From the human T2T-CHM13v2.0 reference genome, Homo sapiens: a DNA stretch of 64,000 nt. The position numbers and the translations under genes were made by a program. Position 1 is the first letter of the stretch. Each line of letters begins with the position of its first letter. Positions 1 to 13,400 of the stretch are shown piece after piece. Below the pieces are notes generated by a model that searched no databases, had not been told where the DNA came from, and saw nothing but the letters and a program-made list of their open reading frames with translations. The stretch lies in assembly GCF_009914755.1 (NCBI RefSeq), contig NC_060926.1. One strand, given 5' to 3'.

Positions 1-2365
1 GCTAAGAACCATGATAAAACATTACAGGAACTGTTAACCAAAATAGCCAGGTGAGAGAGGAACACAAATGACCTGATGGAGGTGAAAAACACAACCTGAG
101 AACTTCACAATGCAACCGCAAGTATCAATAGCTGAATAGACCAAGTGGAGGAAAGAATTTCAGAGCTTGAAGACTATCTTGCTGAAATAAGACCGACAGA
201 CAAGGTCAGAGAAAAAAATAATGAAAATAAATGAACAAAACCTCCAAGAACTATGGGATTATGTAAAAAGACTGAAGTTACGACTGATTGGGGTACCAGA
301 AAGAGATGGAGAGAATGAAACCAAGTTGTAAAGCACACTTCAGGACATCATCCAGGAGAACTTCCCCAACCTAGCAAGACAGGCCAACATTCAAATTCAG
401 GAAATCCAGAGAATCCCAGTAAGATACTCCACGGGAAGATCAACCCCAATCACATAATCATCAGATTCTCAAAGGTCAAAATGAAGGAAAAAAAAAATGT
501 TAAGGCAGCCAGAGAGAAAGGACAGGTCACCTACAAAGAGAAGCTCATTAGACTAACAGCAGATCTCCCAGCAGAAACCCTACAAGCCAGAAGAAATTTG
601 GGGCCAATATTTAACATTCTTAAAGAAAATAATTTCCAACCCAGAATTTTATATCTAGCCAAGCAAATTTCATATCTAGTTTCATAACCAAAGAAGAAAT
701 AAAATCATTTTCAGACAAGCAAATGCTGAGGGAATTTTTCACCACCAGGCCCGCCTTGCAAGAGCTCCTGAATGAAGCACTAAATATGGAAAGGAAAAAA
801 CTGGTACCAGCCAGCCACTGCAAAAACACACTGAAATACAAAGACCAATGACACTGTAAAGAAATTGCATCAACTAGTATGCAAAATAACCAATCAGCAT
901 CATGATAACAGGATCAAATTCACACATAACAATATTAACCTTAAATAAAAATGAGCTAAATGCACCAAGTAAAAGACAGAGACTGGCAGATTGGATAGAG
1001 TCAAAGCTCATCAGTGTGCTGTATTCAAGAGACCCATCTCATGTGCAAAGATACACATAGGCTCAAAATGAAGGGATAAAAGAAAATTTACCAAGCAAAT
1101 GGAAAGCAGAAAAAAACAGGAGCTGCTCTCCTTATTTCTGACAAAACAGACTTTAAACCAACAAAGATCAAAAAAGACAAAGAAGGGTATTACATAATGA
1201 TAAAGAGATCAATTCAACAAGAAGAGTTAACTATCCTAAATATAGTTAACCCAATACAGGAGCACCCAGATTCATGAAGCAAGTTGTTAGAGACCTACAC
1301 AGAGACTTAGACTCCCACACAATAATAGTGGGAGATTTTAATACCCCACTGTCAATACTCGACAGATCATTGAGACAGAAAATTAACAAGGATATTCAGG
1401 ACTGGAAATCAGCTCTGGAACAAGTGGATGTGACAGAAAATTTTTGCATTCTATCCATCTGACAAAGTTCTAATATCCAGAATCCATAAGGAATTTAAGC
1501 AAATTTACAAGAAAAAAATGAACAGCCCCATTAAAAAGTGGGCAAAGGACATGAACAGACACTTCTCGAAAGAAGACATTTATGTGGCAAACAAACATAT
1601 GAAAAAAAGCTCAACATCACTGGCCATTAGAGAAATGCAGATCAAAACCACAATGAGATACCATCTTAGACCAGTCAGAATGACGATTACAAAAAGTCAA
1701 GAAACAACAGATGCTGGTGAGGCTGCGGAGAAACAGAAACACTTTTACACTGTTGGTGGGAATGTAAATTAGTTCAACCATTGTGGAAGACAGTATAGTG
1801 ACTCCTCAAAGATCTATAGCCAGAAATACCATCTGACCCAGCAATCCCTTTACTGGGTATATACCCAAAGGAATATAAATTATTCTACTATAAAGATACA
1901 TGCACGTGTATGTTTACTGCAGCACTATTCACAAAAGCAAAGACAGGGAATCAACACAAATGCCCATCAATGATAGAATGGATAAAGAAAATGTGTTACA
2001 TATGCACCATAGAATACTATGCAGCCATAAAAGGAATGAGATCATATCCTTTGCAGGGAGATGGATGGAGCTTGAAGCTGTTATCCTCAGCAAACACAGG
2101 AGCAGAAAACCAAACACTGCATGTTCTCACATAAAAATGGGAACTGAGCAATTAGAACATATGGACACAGGAAAGGGAACAACAAACACAGGCGTCCTTT
2201 CAGGGGCAGGGGGAGAGAGGAATATCAGGATGTGGGGCTTAATACCTAGCTGGTGGGTTGATAGGTGCAGCAAACCATCATGGCACATGATTAACCATGT
2301 AACAAATCTGCACATCCTGCACATGTATCCTGGAACCTAGAATAAAATAAAATTAAATAAAAAAC
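1..2365 (+). mobile_element. LINE-1, older primate subfamily (approx. L1PA8-13), 5' end outside the window, internally deleted in ORF2
   Basis: ORF1p-like peptide at 481-687 (AAREKGQVTYK..IRLTADL..ETLQARR). ORF2 start ATGATAACAGGATCAAATTCACAC near 902. Endonuclease peptide DLHRDLDSHTIIVGDFNTPLS at 1274-1462. ORF2 C-terminal peptides at 1518-2134. L1 3'UTR and A-rich tail at 2341-2364. Many stops and frameshifts. Confidence 0.95.
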
Positions 2366-3112
2366 CTATTTCTAAAATTGAATCTAAACACTAAATTGAT
2401 AAAACTGAAGAAGTGATTTCACAATCACTAAAAAAGTTTGCATGTATAGCAAAGGAGAGAATAAACTTCACTCTCCCCAGAACATGAGAAAAGACATACA
2501 ACTTAATATGACTATAGTAAGCTATTGTTTATTACATTAATGTGAATAGATTAGTTTCCTCTACTTACAAAAACATAATCATCATATTAGACCAAAAGGA
2601 GAATTGAAATATATGCTCTTTATTAAAGATCTACTAGAAAGTAACACAAAGTTATTGTTTAAATGTGATGAATAAGCAGAAATATAAAATAAATAGAAAG
2701 AAAGCATGTGTTAATAATGTTAATACCAAAAAAGTTAGAATTCAATGGAAAAACTTTCCATGGGGCAAAGAAAAATGTTTGTTATTCAAACAGGTTAACT
2801 GTGAGCTCACATTTATGTTCCCCTGACAAGAGTACTGATAAATACATAAAGCTTCATGAGTAAAACAACAACAGAAAGTTCTCTGAGTCTTTGGCAGATC
2901 AAATGGATAAAAAGTAGAACATGAAATCAAGGAATTGAAAAATAAAATGAATAATATTTATTTCATACATTTATCTACCTTTTTATAGTACACGTAAATT
3001 ATTGTACTATAAATGCCATGGAAAGTTTACAAAATATAACTTGAACTAGACCCAAAAAGAATCTAAAAAAATTTTATAAACATACGAATCAGTACAGAAC
3101 ACACTCTGATCA

Positions 3113-3568
3113 GGTGGGTGGTGGCCATGAGAATTCACCTCACAGAAATCCAGGCATAGGGCACATAACCGAATGAGGTCTGGGATGCTACACTTTGAAA
3201 TCTATCACCTCATTTGCACCAAGGCCATGCATCCCACAAGCCCTTCTACAACAAAGGCTGAGTGCGGTTGTTATAGTTAGGAAGATTTATGCCTGGGAGA
3301 TTGAGGACTACATTTTCAGCTAACTGACTCCAGGAGTCCTCAAAAGCGCTGTCGAAACTTCAAAACTGCACAGTAGTAGTCTAGGATACTTTGCCAACAG
3401 TTCCCACCCTCTCTCACTCAGGGTCAGCATTGCATTGCTGTATGGTAGCTCTCCCAGCTTTGCCCAGTTTCCTTCCTGTTTCCCTTCACGCGAGCATGTC
3501 CTCTAATTAAATCTTTGTACATTAATCCTGTCTTGGCATCTTGTTCTTGGATATCTCAGCCTAACACA
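3113..3568 (+). mobile_element. ERVL solo LTR, LTR16-like
   Basis: GC-richer block ending ctaattaaatctttgtacattaatcctgtcttggcatcttgttcttgg...ctaacaca, resembling the recalled LTR16 3' end. Confidence 0.6.
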
Positions 3569-4234
3569 AAATGTAATAAGATTAGAATTATTGCCAATAG
3601 CATACACAGAAATAGCAAATAGGTGAATTTTAAAACTAATTGCTAAATAATTTTTTAATCAAAAGAGAAAACTGAAAGTACAATTATACAGTTGCAAACA
3701 ATACCATGCGATGAAACTTATAATCAAAGTTGTGTTTAGAAAAACATTTGTAGCTTAAATGCTTCTATTAACCAAATAGAAATGAAAATATACCTACCAA
3801 AACTAAGAACTCAAGAACATAGAAAAAATAAACACGCCTAAGCACAGTAGGTTGAAGGAATTAATAGGGATTAAAGCAGACATCAATAGAATAGAAAACA
3901 AAAATACTATATGTGATAATTATTTTCTTACCAGAGGTGGCTTTTCTCCTCAATTAATTTTAAAAATAAGAAAATATGTGTAGAAAGTTTGAAGGAAAAA
4001 TGCTGAGTAGTCATAGATAAATAAGGTTTATAAAAATAATTATAATTGAATATTACATGGCACACAATGTTGAAAAACATGATCAGGATTAAACATATAA
4101 TTTTGAAAGACTTACATTTAACTAAAACTTGTTGAAGATGATATAATAAAACTAAATAGATCAATTTAAAAATTAGCAAGTTATCCCACTCATCTCTAAA
4201 GAGACTGGCTCAAAGTTTCAGAGGTCAGTTCTTT

Positions 4235-4354
4235 GTTTTATTCTATTTTTATTGAGCAATAATAATTGTATATATTTTTACGGGGTATAATGTGATGCTT
4301 CCATGCATGCATATATCGTGGAATGAGCAAATTAGGCTAATTAACATATCCATG
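4235..4354 (-). mobile_element. Short 5'-truncated L1MA 3' end with degenerate TSD
   Basis: taataattgtatatatttt..ggggtataatgtgatg..ggaatgagcaaattaggctaattaacatatcc is L1MA 3'-terminal sequence. Flanks tcagaggtcagttcttt (4218-4234) and tcataggtgagttattt (4355-4371) match at 14/17. Confidence 0.7.
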
Positions 4355-4805
4355 TCATAGGTGAGTTATTTCAAACATTTTAGTAACATAAGTTATATTT
4401 TATTTACAAATGTCTAGAGTATATACAAAGCAGGAAAGGTTATCAATGTATTCAATACATTTTTATAGGCATGATAATAAACCATAACTATAGGGGATGG
4501 GAAGGGAGGATCAATCCATATCACTTATAATACCGAGGCAAAAATTGTAGAAAAGGTTTGGCAAATCGGATCAGAGAAGTCAATTTAGAAGAGGTGGTAT
4601 CAAGAATGAACTGAAGAGTAGGATTTTCACCAGCGGAGCGAGGCATTTGAAACAAGGAAAAGTTAAGTGAGCTGCAGGGGCACAGCACAAAAGACCCACC
4701 TAGGTAAAATGACCATGCTTCCCAGTTTCCCTGGCCAGTGCTTGCTTATACTGCTTTCCAGTATAACTGTTAGTAGCATCCTTTTCCACTCATGAAGGTA
4801 TGCTG

Positions 4806-5093
4806 GGTCTGGGCATGGTGGCTCACAGCCTTTAATCCCAACACTTTGGGGCAGAAGCAGGTGGATCACCACTCAGGAGATCTAGACCAACCTGAGCAAC
4901 ATGGCAAAATCCCATCTCTACAAAAACTACTAAAATTAGCTGGGCATGGTGGCACCCACCTGTATTCCCAGCTATTCAGGAGGCTGAGGCAGGTGAATCT
5001 TTTGAGCCCAGGAAGCAGAGGTTGCAACGAGCCTAGATTGCACCACTGCACTCCCACCTGGGCAACAGAGGGAGATCTTGTGGAAAAAAAAAT
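4806..5093 (+). mobile_element. Alu, old (AluJ-like)
   Basis: Diverged dimeric Alu: gggcatggtggctcacagcctttaatcccaacactttgg ... gggcaacagagggagatcttg, followed by an A tail. Confidence 0.92.
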
Positions 5094-5099
5094 ATTCTA

Positions 5100-7260
5100 G
5101 GGTCTCCATACCTATTTAAAATGCTGAAAGCTGAAAAGAGCATTGTTTTTATTCTAACAACTACAATACAAAAAGCTGAATAAACTATACAATTGTAATT
5201 ATTTGAACCACAGACCGAAAGATGCAGGGCAACCAAGTAGCCTAAAATCTAATAAAAAGGATGCATCTTCAAGGAAAAATGAGACACAAGCCCATCACAA
5301 GCACAGAGCATGGAAGGAAGAGTTGCCGTTACAAATAGATAAAAAATTAACTGAATTTGTTAATGAATTGATAAAGGCTGGTTGTGGGTAGGTGTAAAAC
5401 CATATAATCCATGGAGCCATAAACACAAGGGGGATTTGCACCCACTCATCCTCTTTTCCATGGAACACAACTAGTGTTGATGAGAAACTCTGATGCCAGG
5501 GCAGGAAAACAATAAAAATCGAACTTTGTTTTATGGCTTGGAGGAGGGGAGAGGCCACCACTGCAGGAAAGGCACAAAGCCCTGGCAGAACCATCTTCTC
5601 CTGTGAGTTTTAAGCCCTTGAAGAGAGAGCAGTAAGCCCTGTCAACCTCAGGGCACAAATTAAGATCCATTACAGCCTGAGAAAGAGTAAAAGAAAAAAA
5701 AACTTTTATTTTTAAGGAAACAGGAAACCATGCTCAACCCTATCACCGGAGCAGCAAGAAAGTCCCACACAAGAACTACCAAAAATATAAGAGGGTTTGC
5801 CTGCCAGGGAGGTGAGCAGCAGGATGACTGCCAAAGCTCCATCCCTAAGGCCCAGGGACACAAGGCCAGCCTAAGAATGAGGCTGGAGCAGGACAATAGA
5901 GAAACTCCTTTCCACTTCTATAATAAGGTTAGAAAGTCCCAATTCGCAAGCTACAAATGTCTATCTCTGTGACAGCGATAAGAGGATTGAGACACCCACT
6001 ATGAGGTGCAGGCACAAAGGGAAGGCTGAAAGCCAAGGGTGGAGTAGAAACATTCAGCAAAACGCTCTGGCAACCCAGCTCCCAAGATAAACACAAGATA
6101 ACCCTCCAGGATTTAAAGTCTGTGATACACTCAAGGAAACAATAGGAACAACAAAACTCAAACCAGCTCAGATATGGAGTAGATTGAGTCAACTGCATGC
6201 ACTGTTGGTCTAGCAAAGAGGGATGCCCATTTTCAGGCACATATATTATTTCTCCCTGTCCTTACTGGAGCTACTCACAATGAGTGACATTCAATAGAAG
6301 AAATAGAAGGCTCACAAACAAGTAAGAAAAAAGAGCCCACTGGAAAGAGATAAAGCAATTAACAGACACCGACTCAGAAATGGCCCAAATATTGGAACTA
6401 TTGGACAGGAAATTTTAAATATTATTATTAATAAATTATAATTTCTCATGGAAAACATGGTCAACAGCCATGAACAGATGTGGACTTTTGCAAAGAAATG
6501 AAAACTATTCAAAAGAGTCAAATAGAAATGCTAAAAAATATCTATCAAAAATGAAGGTGAAATAGTTTTTGAGACAACAGAATACATACATACAAACATA
6601 CATATATACATATGTAAAAGAATTTAATATCAGCAGAACTGCACCACAGGAAATATTTCAAAAAACAAGCAGACAGAAAACAAAGATGTTTTTAGGCAAA
6701 GGAACATGATACTAGACAGAAATTTGAATCTATACACAAGCAGGCAAATGAAGAACTCTAGGAATAGTTAAAATGAAAGTAAATTAAAAAGACACTTTTT
6801 ATTTTTAATCACTCTAAATCGCTTTTCTTTAGACGTTCAAAAATACGCTAAAGTATCATTGAATGTCTAAAAAACACTGGTAGAAATGCATTAGGGGTTT
6901 ATATCATATGTAAATATAAAATGGATAACATCAATCAATAGCACAAAAGATGAGGGGGAAGAATCGTCAGTATGCCATTTTGTAAATTGCAGTCTAAATG
7001 AAGCAGTATGATGCTATTTGAAAGTACACTGTTATTAATCAATGATGGGCATTGAAAATCCTGTAGCAGCCACTACATTTTAAAAAGTTGTTTATAATAA
7101 GCTAATCATGAAATAAAATAGAATTATATAAATTTCTCAATCATAATTAGACAAAAAGGAGACAAAAAGGAACAAAGAACAGATGGAACAAATAGAAAAC
7201 AAATAGCAAGAAAGCAGATTTTAATTTAACTATATAAATATTTATAATTTATAAAAGTAT
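5100..7260 (+). mobile_element. Degraded old L1M 5' region / ORF1
   Basis: Degenerate L1M motifs (cagcagaactgcaccacaggaaatatt, gaaatttgaatctatacac, gaaatgaaaactattcaaaagagtcaaatagaaat). Confidence 0.6.
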
Positions 7261-7271
7261 TTAAATGCATT

Positions 7272-7816
7272 TATATCAGTCAGGGTTCTCCAGAGGGACA
7301 GAACCAATAGCATATACAAGAAAGATAATTTATTAGGAGGAATTTGCTCATGATCACAAAGATGCAGTTCTAGTACAGGCCATCTGCAAGTTGGAGGACC
7401 AGAGGCCAGTAGTGTGGCTCCCAGGGAAACTGGTAGCATGGCTTAGTCAAAAGCCTTAGAACCAGGGAAGTCTGAGAGCCTCCAGGAGGCTGCTGTTGCA
7501 AATCACAGAATCCAGAGGCTGAAAGAACCTGGAGTCTTTTGTCCAAGGGCAGGAGGAGAGGAAGGTATTCTACTCAGGAAGAGAGAGAGAAGAAGCCAGA
7601 GAATACTGGGTATCCCCCTTCTTTGGTCTGTTGTCCCCCAGCCAATTGGATGATGTCTACCTACATTGAGAGGGAGTCTTCCTGTCTCAGTCCACTGACT
7701 CACAGGTCCATTTCCTCTGGTAGAATCCTCCCAGACACACACAGAAATAATTCTTCTACTAGCCATCTAGACATTTCTCAATTTGGTCAAGTGAACAGAT
7801 AATAATAACTATCGTA
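7272..7816 (-). mobile_element. MLT2-family ERVL LTR
   Basis: Starts tatcagtcagggttctccagagggacagaaccaatag, contains cagtccactgactcaca..tcctcccagacacacacagaaataat, ends caagtgaaca..taactatc. Confidence 0.85.
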
Positions 7817-8235
7817 GCACGAATGAAAAGACAGAGATGGTCATATTGGCTAACAAGCAATTTATTCTGTCCAGAAGAAACCCCTTTAAATATAAAGACA
7901 AGTATAGATTAAAAATAAAATGATGTAAAAAGATGTACTATACCAACACTAATTAGAGGAAAGCTGAAGTGACTACATTCATACCAGACAAAATAGACTT
8001 CAGATCAAGGAATACTACCAGAAAAAAAAAGAAGGAACATTATAAGGCTGTGGCTCAGGAGAGGAGTTGACTACAAAGGTGACTGAAATAATTTTTGTAG
8101 AGTGAAACTATTACATATCTTGACTCCTGTGGCAATTACACAACCATACACATTTGTCAAATGCATAGATCTATACACTAAAAAAGGTGAATCTTGCTGT
8201 ATGTAAATTATACCTTAATGAATCTGACCTTAAAA
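7817..8235 (+). mobile_element. Old L1M fragments (ORF2 endonuclease region joined to 3' end)
   Basis: gaaagctgaagtgactacattcataccagacaaaatagacttcag, then the L1M 3' end tgctgtatgtaaattataccttaat. Confidence 0.65.
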
Positions 8236-8456
8236 ACATCACTCTAAATAGAAGTGAAACAAGTAAAGAATAAATTTGTTTTCCCAAATGTCTATTCAAT
8301 GTTTGCTAGGTAAATAACACTGTTTGAAGGCTATCTTGATATCCCTTTTTCTTCTTATTCTCTTTTAAATATAATCTGAGTGCATGTACATAATGATTTT
8401 TTCCTTTAAACTTTTTCGTTGACATAAAATTCTAATTTAAAGGATTAATTAAAGGA

Positions 8457-8765
8457 TTTTGTTTTAAGACAAGGTCTCACTCTGTCACCTGGACTCGAGT
8501 GCAATGGTGCAATTGCTACCCACTGCAAACTCAACCTCTAAGAGCTCACACAACCCTTCCACCTCAGCCTCCTAAGTAGCTGGAACTACAGGTGCGCACC
8601 ACCATGCCTGTCAATTTTAGTTTTTAGTTTATTTATTTATTTCTTTTGTAGAGATGGGGTTTTGCCCTGTTGCTCACGGTGGTCTCAAACTCCTGAGCTC
8701 AAGAGATTCGCCTGCCTCAGCCTTCCAAATTGCTGGGTTTACAGGTATGTTCCACTGTGTCTGGC
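8457..8765 (-). mobile_element. Alu, old (AluJ-like)
   Basis: agacaaggtctcactctgtcacc ... ggtctcaaactcctgagctcaag ... ccactgtgtctggc. Confidence 0.92.
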
Positions 8766-9859
8766 AAGGATCATTTTATTTAAGAATTCTTTTACTTTTA
8801 TTCTGAATTCCCTTTCTTTTCATACCAAATCTGTAAGCAAGTAGGTAAAATAATGGACATAAATGATTTCATTTTGTTCAGAAACTATTTCAAATATTCG
8901 TGGTGAAGTTTCTGATTTCATCCTCTGTCAGAAATATTTATTATTTTAAAATAGGATAGATAAAATGTTGCCTATGCAGTACTTATATACCTGAAAGGGA
9001 ATTTATCAGGGGAATTTGCTCAATTGCATGCCACCATATGGAAAAGAATTAGAAGTAAAAGAGTATCAGAAATGATGCAGGGACTTTGAATTTTTTTTTA
9101 ATACAGTGCATTGATAAATCAATTATCTCACACAATAACCCATATTCAGTATACTATAAAACTCATTACCATGAATTAGGAAGAAGTGAGAAATGTGAGT
9201 TTATCCTTTAAGTGCTAACACTACAATATTTACTATAATTTTAATGTGTTGCTTTGCGACTTACTGATCATTCAGTTTTAATTGAAAGAAAGGTATCTCA
9301 GGTAACGCTGCACATTGAAATAAAGAAATAAACATTCTTGGAAACAAAGCAAAATACTATGTAAAATTTCTTTCCAGAGACCACACATATTTGGGATAAC
9401 AAATCATCATATGAACTTAGAGTTAAAGAGCATTTCTAAAACAATATATGTGTTCTCATGCCTAGGGCTTCCTACACTGCATATTTTGTTTAATACAGGC
9501 TGAAATCTGCTCAAAAAGAGATAAATACATTTAATATTGACTGATGAACTAGGCCATCTCTGCTTTATAGTATGCAATAGTGTACTGAATTGATCACCAT
9601 ATCTGTTCATAATATTCTTGCTTTGCATGAAAGGAAATAAAAACCTCCACATATTTTCATTTATTTTTATTATCTCTTATTGTACAGCATTTTAGAAATA
9701 ATTCAACATCAAATAAGAAGACATCATTTCTTCACAATTCTGTCATCTCAATAAATCTAACTTTTAAATTTTTCACATTTTTTGAATCCTTAGCAATATA
9801 TGTACAAAATTTTTAACACTATAGTAAACATAGTGACAATACCGTTTATGCATCTATTC

Positions 9860-10445
9860 ACCTTTCAACAAATATTCATTGAGTGCCAACATCATTTTAA
9901 GACCTTAGTATACATTATAAACCAAAAATCTTTGCCTTCATGAAGATTAAACTTTGGGAGGTTGAATACAGATAATATAAAAGAATTACCCAGCAACTTG
10001 GGAAGCTGAGTCAGGTGGATCAGTTCAAGCCGGGAACCTAAGCAACATAGTGAGATCCCAACAGAGAGAGAGAGAGAAGTAAAGTATGTTGATATTAGAA
10101 AGTTTTGCCATACTATAGTTAAAAAATTAGAGAAAATATGGCAGGGGAAAGGTGTGCTCGGAGTTTGGGGAAGGGCATTGAAAGTTTAAATAGGATAAAA
10201 GAGTAGACCTACGTGAGATCCTGACACTAGAAACAATCTCAAAAGAGAAGAAGTAGTTAGTCACATGGATATCTAGGGAAAGAGAGGTCTAGACAAGGGC
10301 CAGAGCCAATGTGAGGTCCCTGGGCAGGGACATGCCTAGGAGGTCAATGGGGCTGGAATGCAGGGAACAGTAAGGAAAGTCATAGGAAGTGAAGTAAGGG
10401 AGGGAACAGGGGGTCAGGACAGGGCCTTTAGGGCTTTCTGCTTGG
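9860..10445 (+). mobile_element. L2 LINE 3' fragment containing a short Alu/FLAM-like piece (~9985-10080)
   Basis: caacaaatattcattgagtgcc; ggatatctagggaaagag..; cccagcaacttgggaagctgagtcaggtggatcagttcaag. Strand assignment is approximate. Confidence 0.6.
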
Positions 10446-13400
10446 AGTTTATTTTTTTCACTTACAATCATATCAGAAGCATTTTCCATACTGTTACATT
10501 CTCTTCTGCATCAGGTATATGGCATGACAGAGGAAACAATTCCTCAAGTGTTGTTGTTCTGACCAATGGAGCATAACCAACCTTCTAGGAAAAGAGAAAA
10601 CAGAAAAAGACACACACCAGATAGACTCCATTTTTGAAATCTCTCTTCTTTCTTCACAATTTATTTCCACTTATTTTTTCCTATTCCCATTACCACATGT
10701 AGATGCCTAGAAAAAAAATCTAATATTTATATACCTTAAAGTATTAGGGTCTCAATCTTCTATTTTCCCACCTTTCATTTTGAATGTGAAAGGAGCAATT
10801 TTAACAAAAAGGGAAATTGCAAAGAAATAATTCACACATTGGAACCTGTCCCCATCATGTATAAAGGAAGACCCTGTTTGAAGGCCTGCTAGAATATGCA
10901 ACACAATAATGGTTTATATGACAGATGAGTCTTTAGTAAACCACCGTGTTTACCCTCCTGTGAGTGTATGTGGCCAGAACTGGAATTTTGTGCAAAGGTG
11001 ACTAGTTAAAACCATACGATTCTGAGGCACATATTCCTTCCACTCTAGCTTTAAGAAAGTATGTTCTTTTCCCAGGAGATAGTGTTAGAATTGATCTGCC
11101 TCACACCAGTGTTTCATCTCTCTGTGCTAGTTATTCTGAGAGCTTTACTCATTTTTCCAAAACTATTGTTAGTATCCTTTGTATTTGCAATAAACAGAAA
11201 CCAGAGACTGCTCATTACTATGAAATGCTTTCATGATCTCATATTATTTCTTTTTAAATGCAGCCAGCTAAAACATGTTCTTGAAATGTGGCAATTAATC
11301 AACAGATCCAAAGCAAATTTTCCTTTTTGCTTTCAAGTGACTAGTTAATTAGATGATTTACTATTTAAATGCTACTCAACCTATGTGACTGTTCATTATA
11401 CTTATTTCCTGTGTCAATATAAATGTAAAAAACTTAGAATAAATAATACATTAAAATTGTGCTCATTTCATTTCCTGCTATTTTGCCAGTTTCACATTAG
11501 ATGCATTCCTACCTGGAAACACATTGATCAGTTGAATTCTCTCACATCTTTATTATTTATTCCTTATGGAAATATTCATTTCTGAGAATTATAAAGAAAA
11601 TATTTCAAGATTTTGTTATAATTGATATCCATATCATATTCAATCATTCTCTTTTTATTACTATCAGAGCTGTTTAACTTGACATACTATCAGTTTGTAA
11701 AAACACACTTTTGGTTTCTGTAAGTTCATACTTTCTGTCATTAATACAAATGCATAGATTTCAGTAACCTTAAACAACTACTTATAGGAGGCAGAATAAT
11801 TTTTAATGACATGAAATAGATATCCTCCTATTTCCCCATTGTTGCTTCTAAGCCATTTTTCCTTCATCACTGGGCGTCTCAGTTCCTTGGCATGCCCCCT
11901 CTAAAGAGCTTTTCCTCCGTAACTGTGCTACCTTGAAAAATCCCAGTTACAAGCATCCCCACTTCTAACCTCCAATCTGTTACTCTAGCACTTGCGTTTT
12001 AATAACACCTTGACTACATCAGGAACTTTAATCCATTCACGTCGCTGTTGGTCACCTCCATGTTCCCATGTCCTTCCTTATAGGCTCAGCTTAGATTCTG
12101 GGTCTATAAAAATAGGCACTCTTTTTCCCTCAATACGTTTGCCTCTGCAAATGCAAATGTTCCCTTGCTTGGTACCTACATTCAAAATCTCAAGGGCCAG
12201 TCACACATTGTCAAGTAATTATATTGTACCTCTTCAATAAATTGCATTCCCTTAGTCTCTGAAATGAGTAGTTCAGACCCCCTTGTTTTTTCTTTGAGTT
12301 TCTAACCCTAGTCCTTATCTCCATCTCAGCCGATTTTCACTCACATGTAGAGGGAAAATCGATTCTATCAGATGAGAGCTGTTTCCTCTTCCCAAAACCA
12401 AATTCACCAACCACCCCACATGTATACTTCATTTCCTTTGAAATAAAAAAAAATGTCTCCCTTTCTTTCTAGTATTAAACCTCCATATGCCCTCTGGATT
12501 AACCCTACAATTAGTTTTCTGAGGTAGTACCAGGCAGTCATTAAGAATGAAGATAAATTACTTACCCTCTGTGTGTCTTAGTTTTCTTCTCCATAACCTG
12601 GGAATAATAACAGTACCCCACTTAAACTGAGTAAGGAGATAATGAATTACTAAGTGTGAAGTGATTATATTACATTTGGGCATAATAAGTACTTTATAAT
12701 TGTCAATCATTTTTTTCTCAAAGTTTTGTTTCTGCAAATTTCATAATTATCCCCAGAATCAATTTTTCACTTTCACCCAGATCATCTCTATCAGTATACA
12801 AAGATGATTTAAAAACTTCCTTTATACACCAGGTCTGCCTCAAAAGCCTCACTGTACAGTATATACTCACTGTCCATACTCACTGTCTTCACTTTCTCAC
12901 TTTCAGTTATATATTCAACCCTCTCTAATTAGGCATTGGAGTTCACCACTTAAATAAATCTATATTTCCAGTTGTTCAGTCCAAAACTTTACATTCTGCC
13001 TTTACATTTTATCGTAAATATTGGTACTTCTCATTCACCTCATGTCATCACTGGGGTTTGAGCCTCTGAAAGTTTTCATGTGATTCTAGCAATAGACTTC
13101 TAACAACTTTCTTACTACTTACTACTTATTTATGTATTAACCAAAGTCTTTTTAAAATTATAAATCAAATGGTGCCACTCCCTACCTAAAAATAGTACTT
13201 TTTCAGTTGACAGCAGAATAACATCTAAATTGCTTACCAAGAATCATGCATAATCTCCAAATCTAGGATCAGACATGGTTGATAATTATCATGCTCCCAT
13301 CTAATATTTTTGATGCTTTTGTGCAAAAATTTATCATTTATATATATAATTTTGGATCCCAGTTTTTAATTTAATGACATATCACAAGAATTATGTCATT

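Larger units (their letters stand above)
2400..4600 (+). mobile_element. Highly degraded old L1 (L1M) ORF2 fragments, interrupted by younger elements
   Basis: A-rich strand bias and degenerate L1 ORF2 motifs (e.g. tgtagcttaaatgcttctatt, gattaaagcagacatcaatagaatagaaaac). Confidence 0.55.

Noticed and set aside
4806-8765. Inverted Alu pair as a dsRNA/editing substrate
   Set aside because: Both copies are old and diverged, ~3.4 kb apart, and no transcript is evident.
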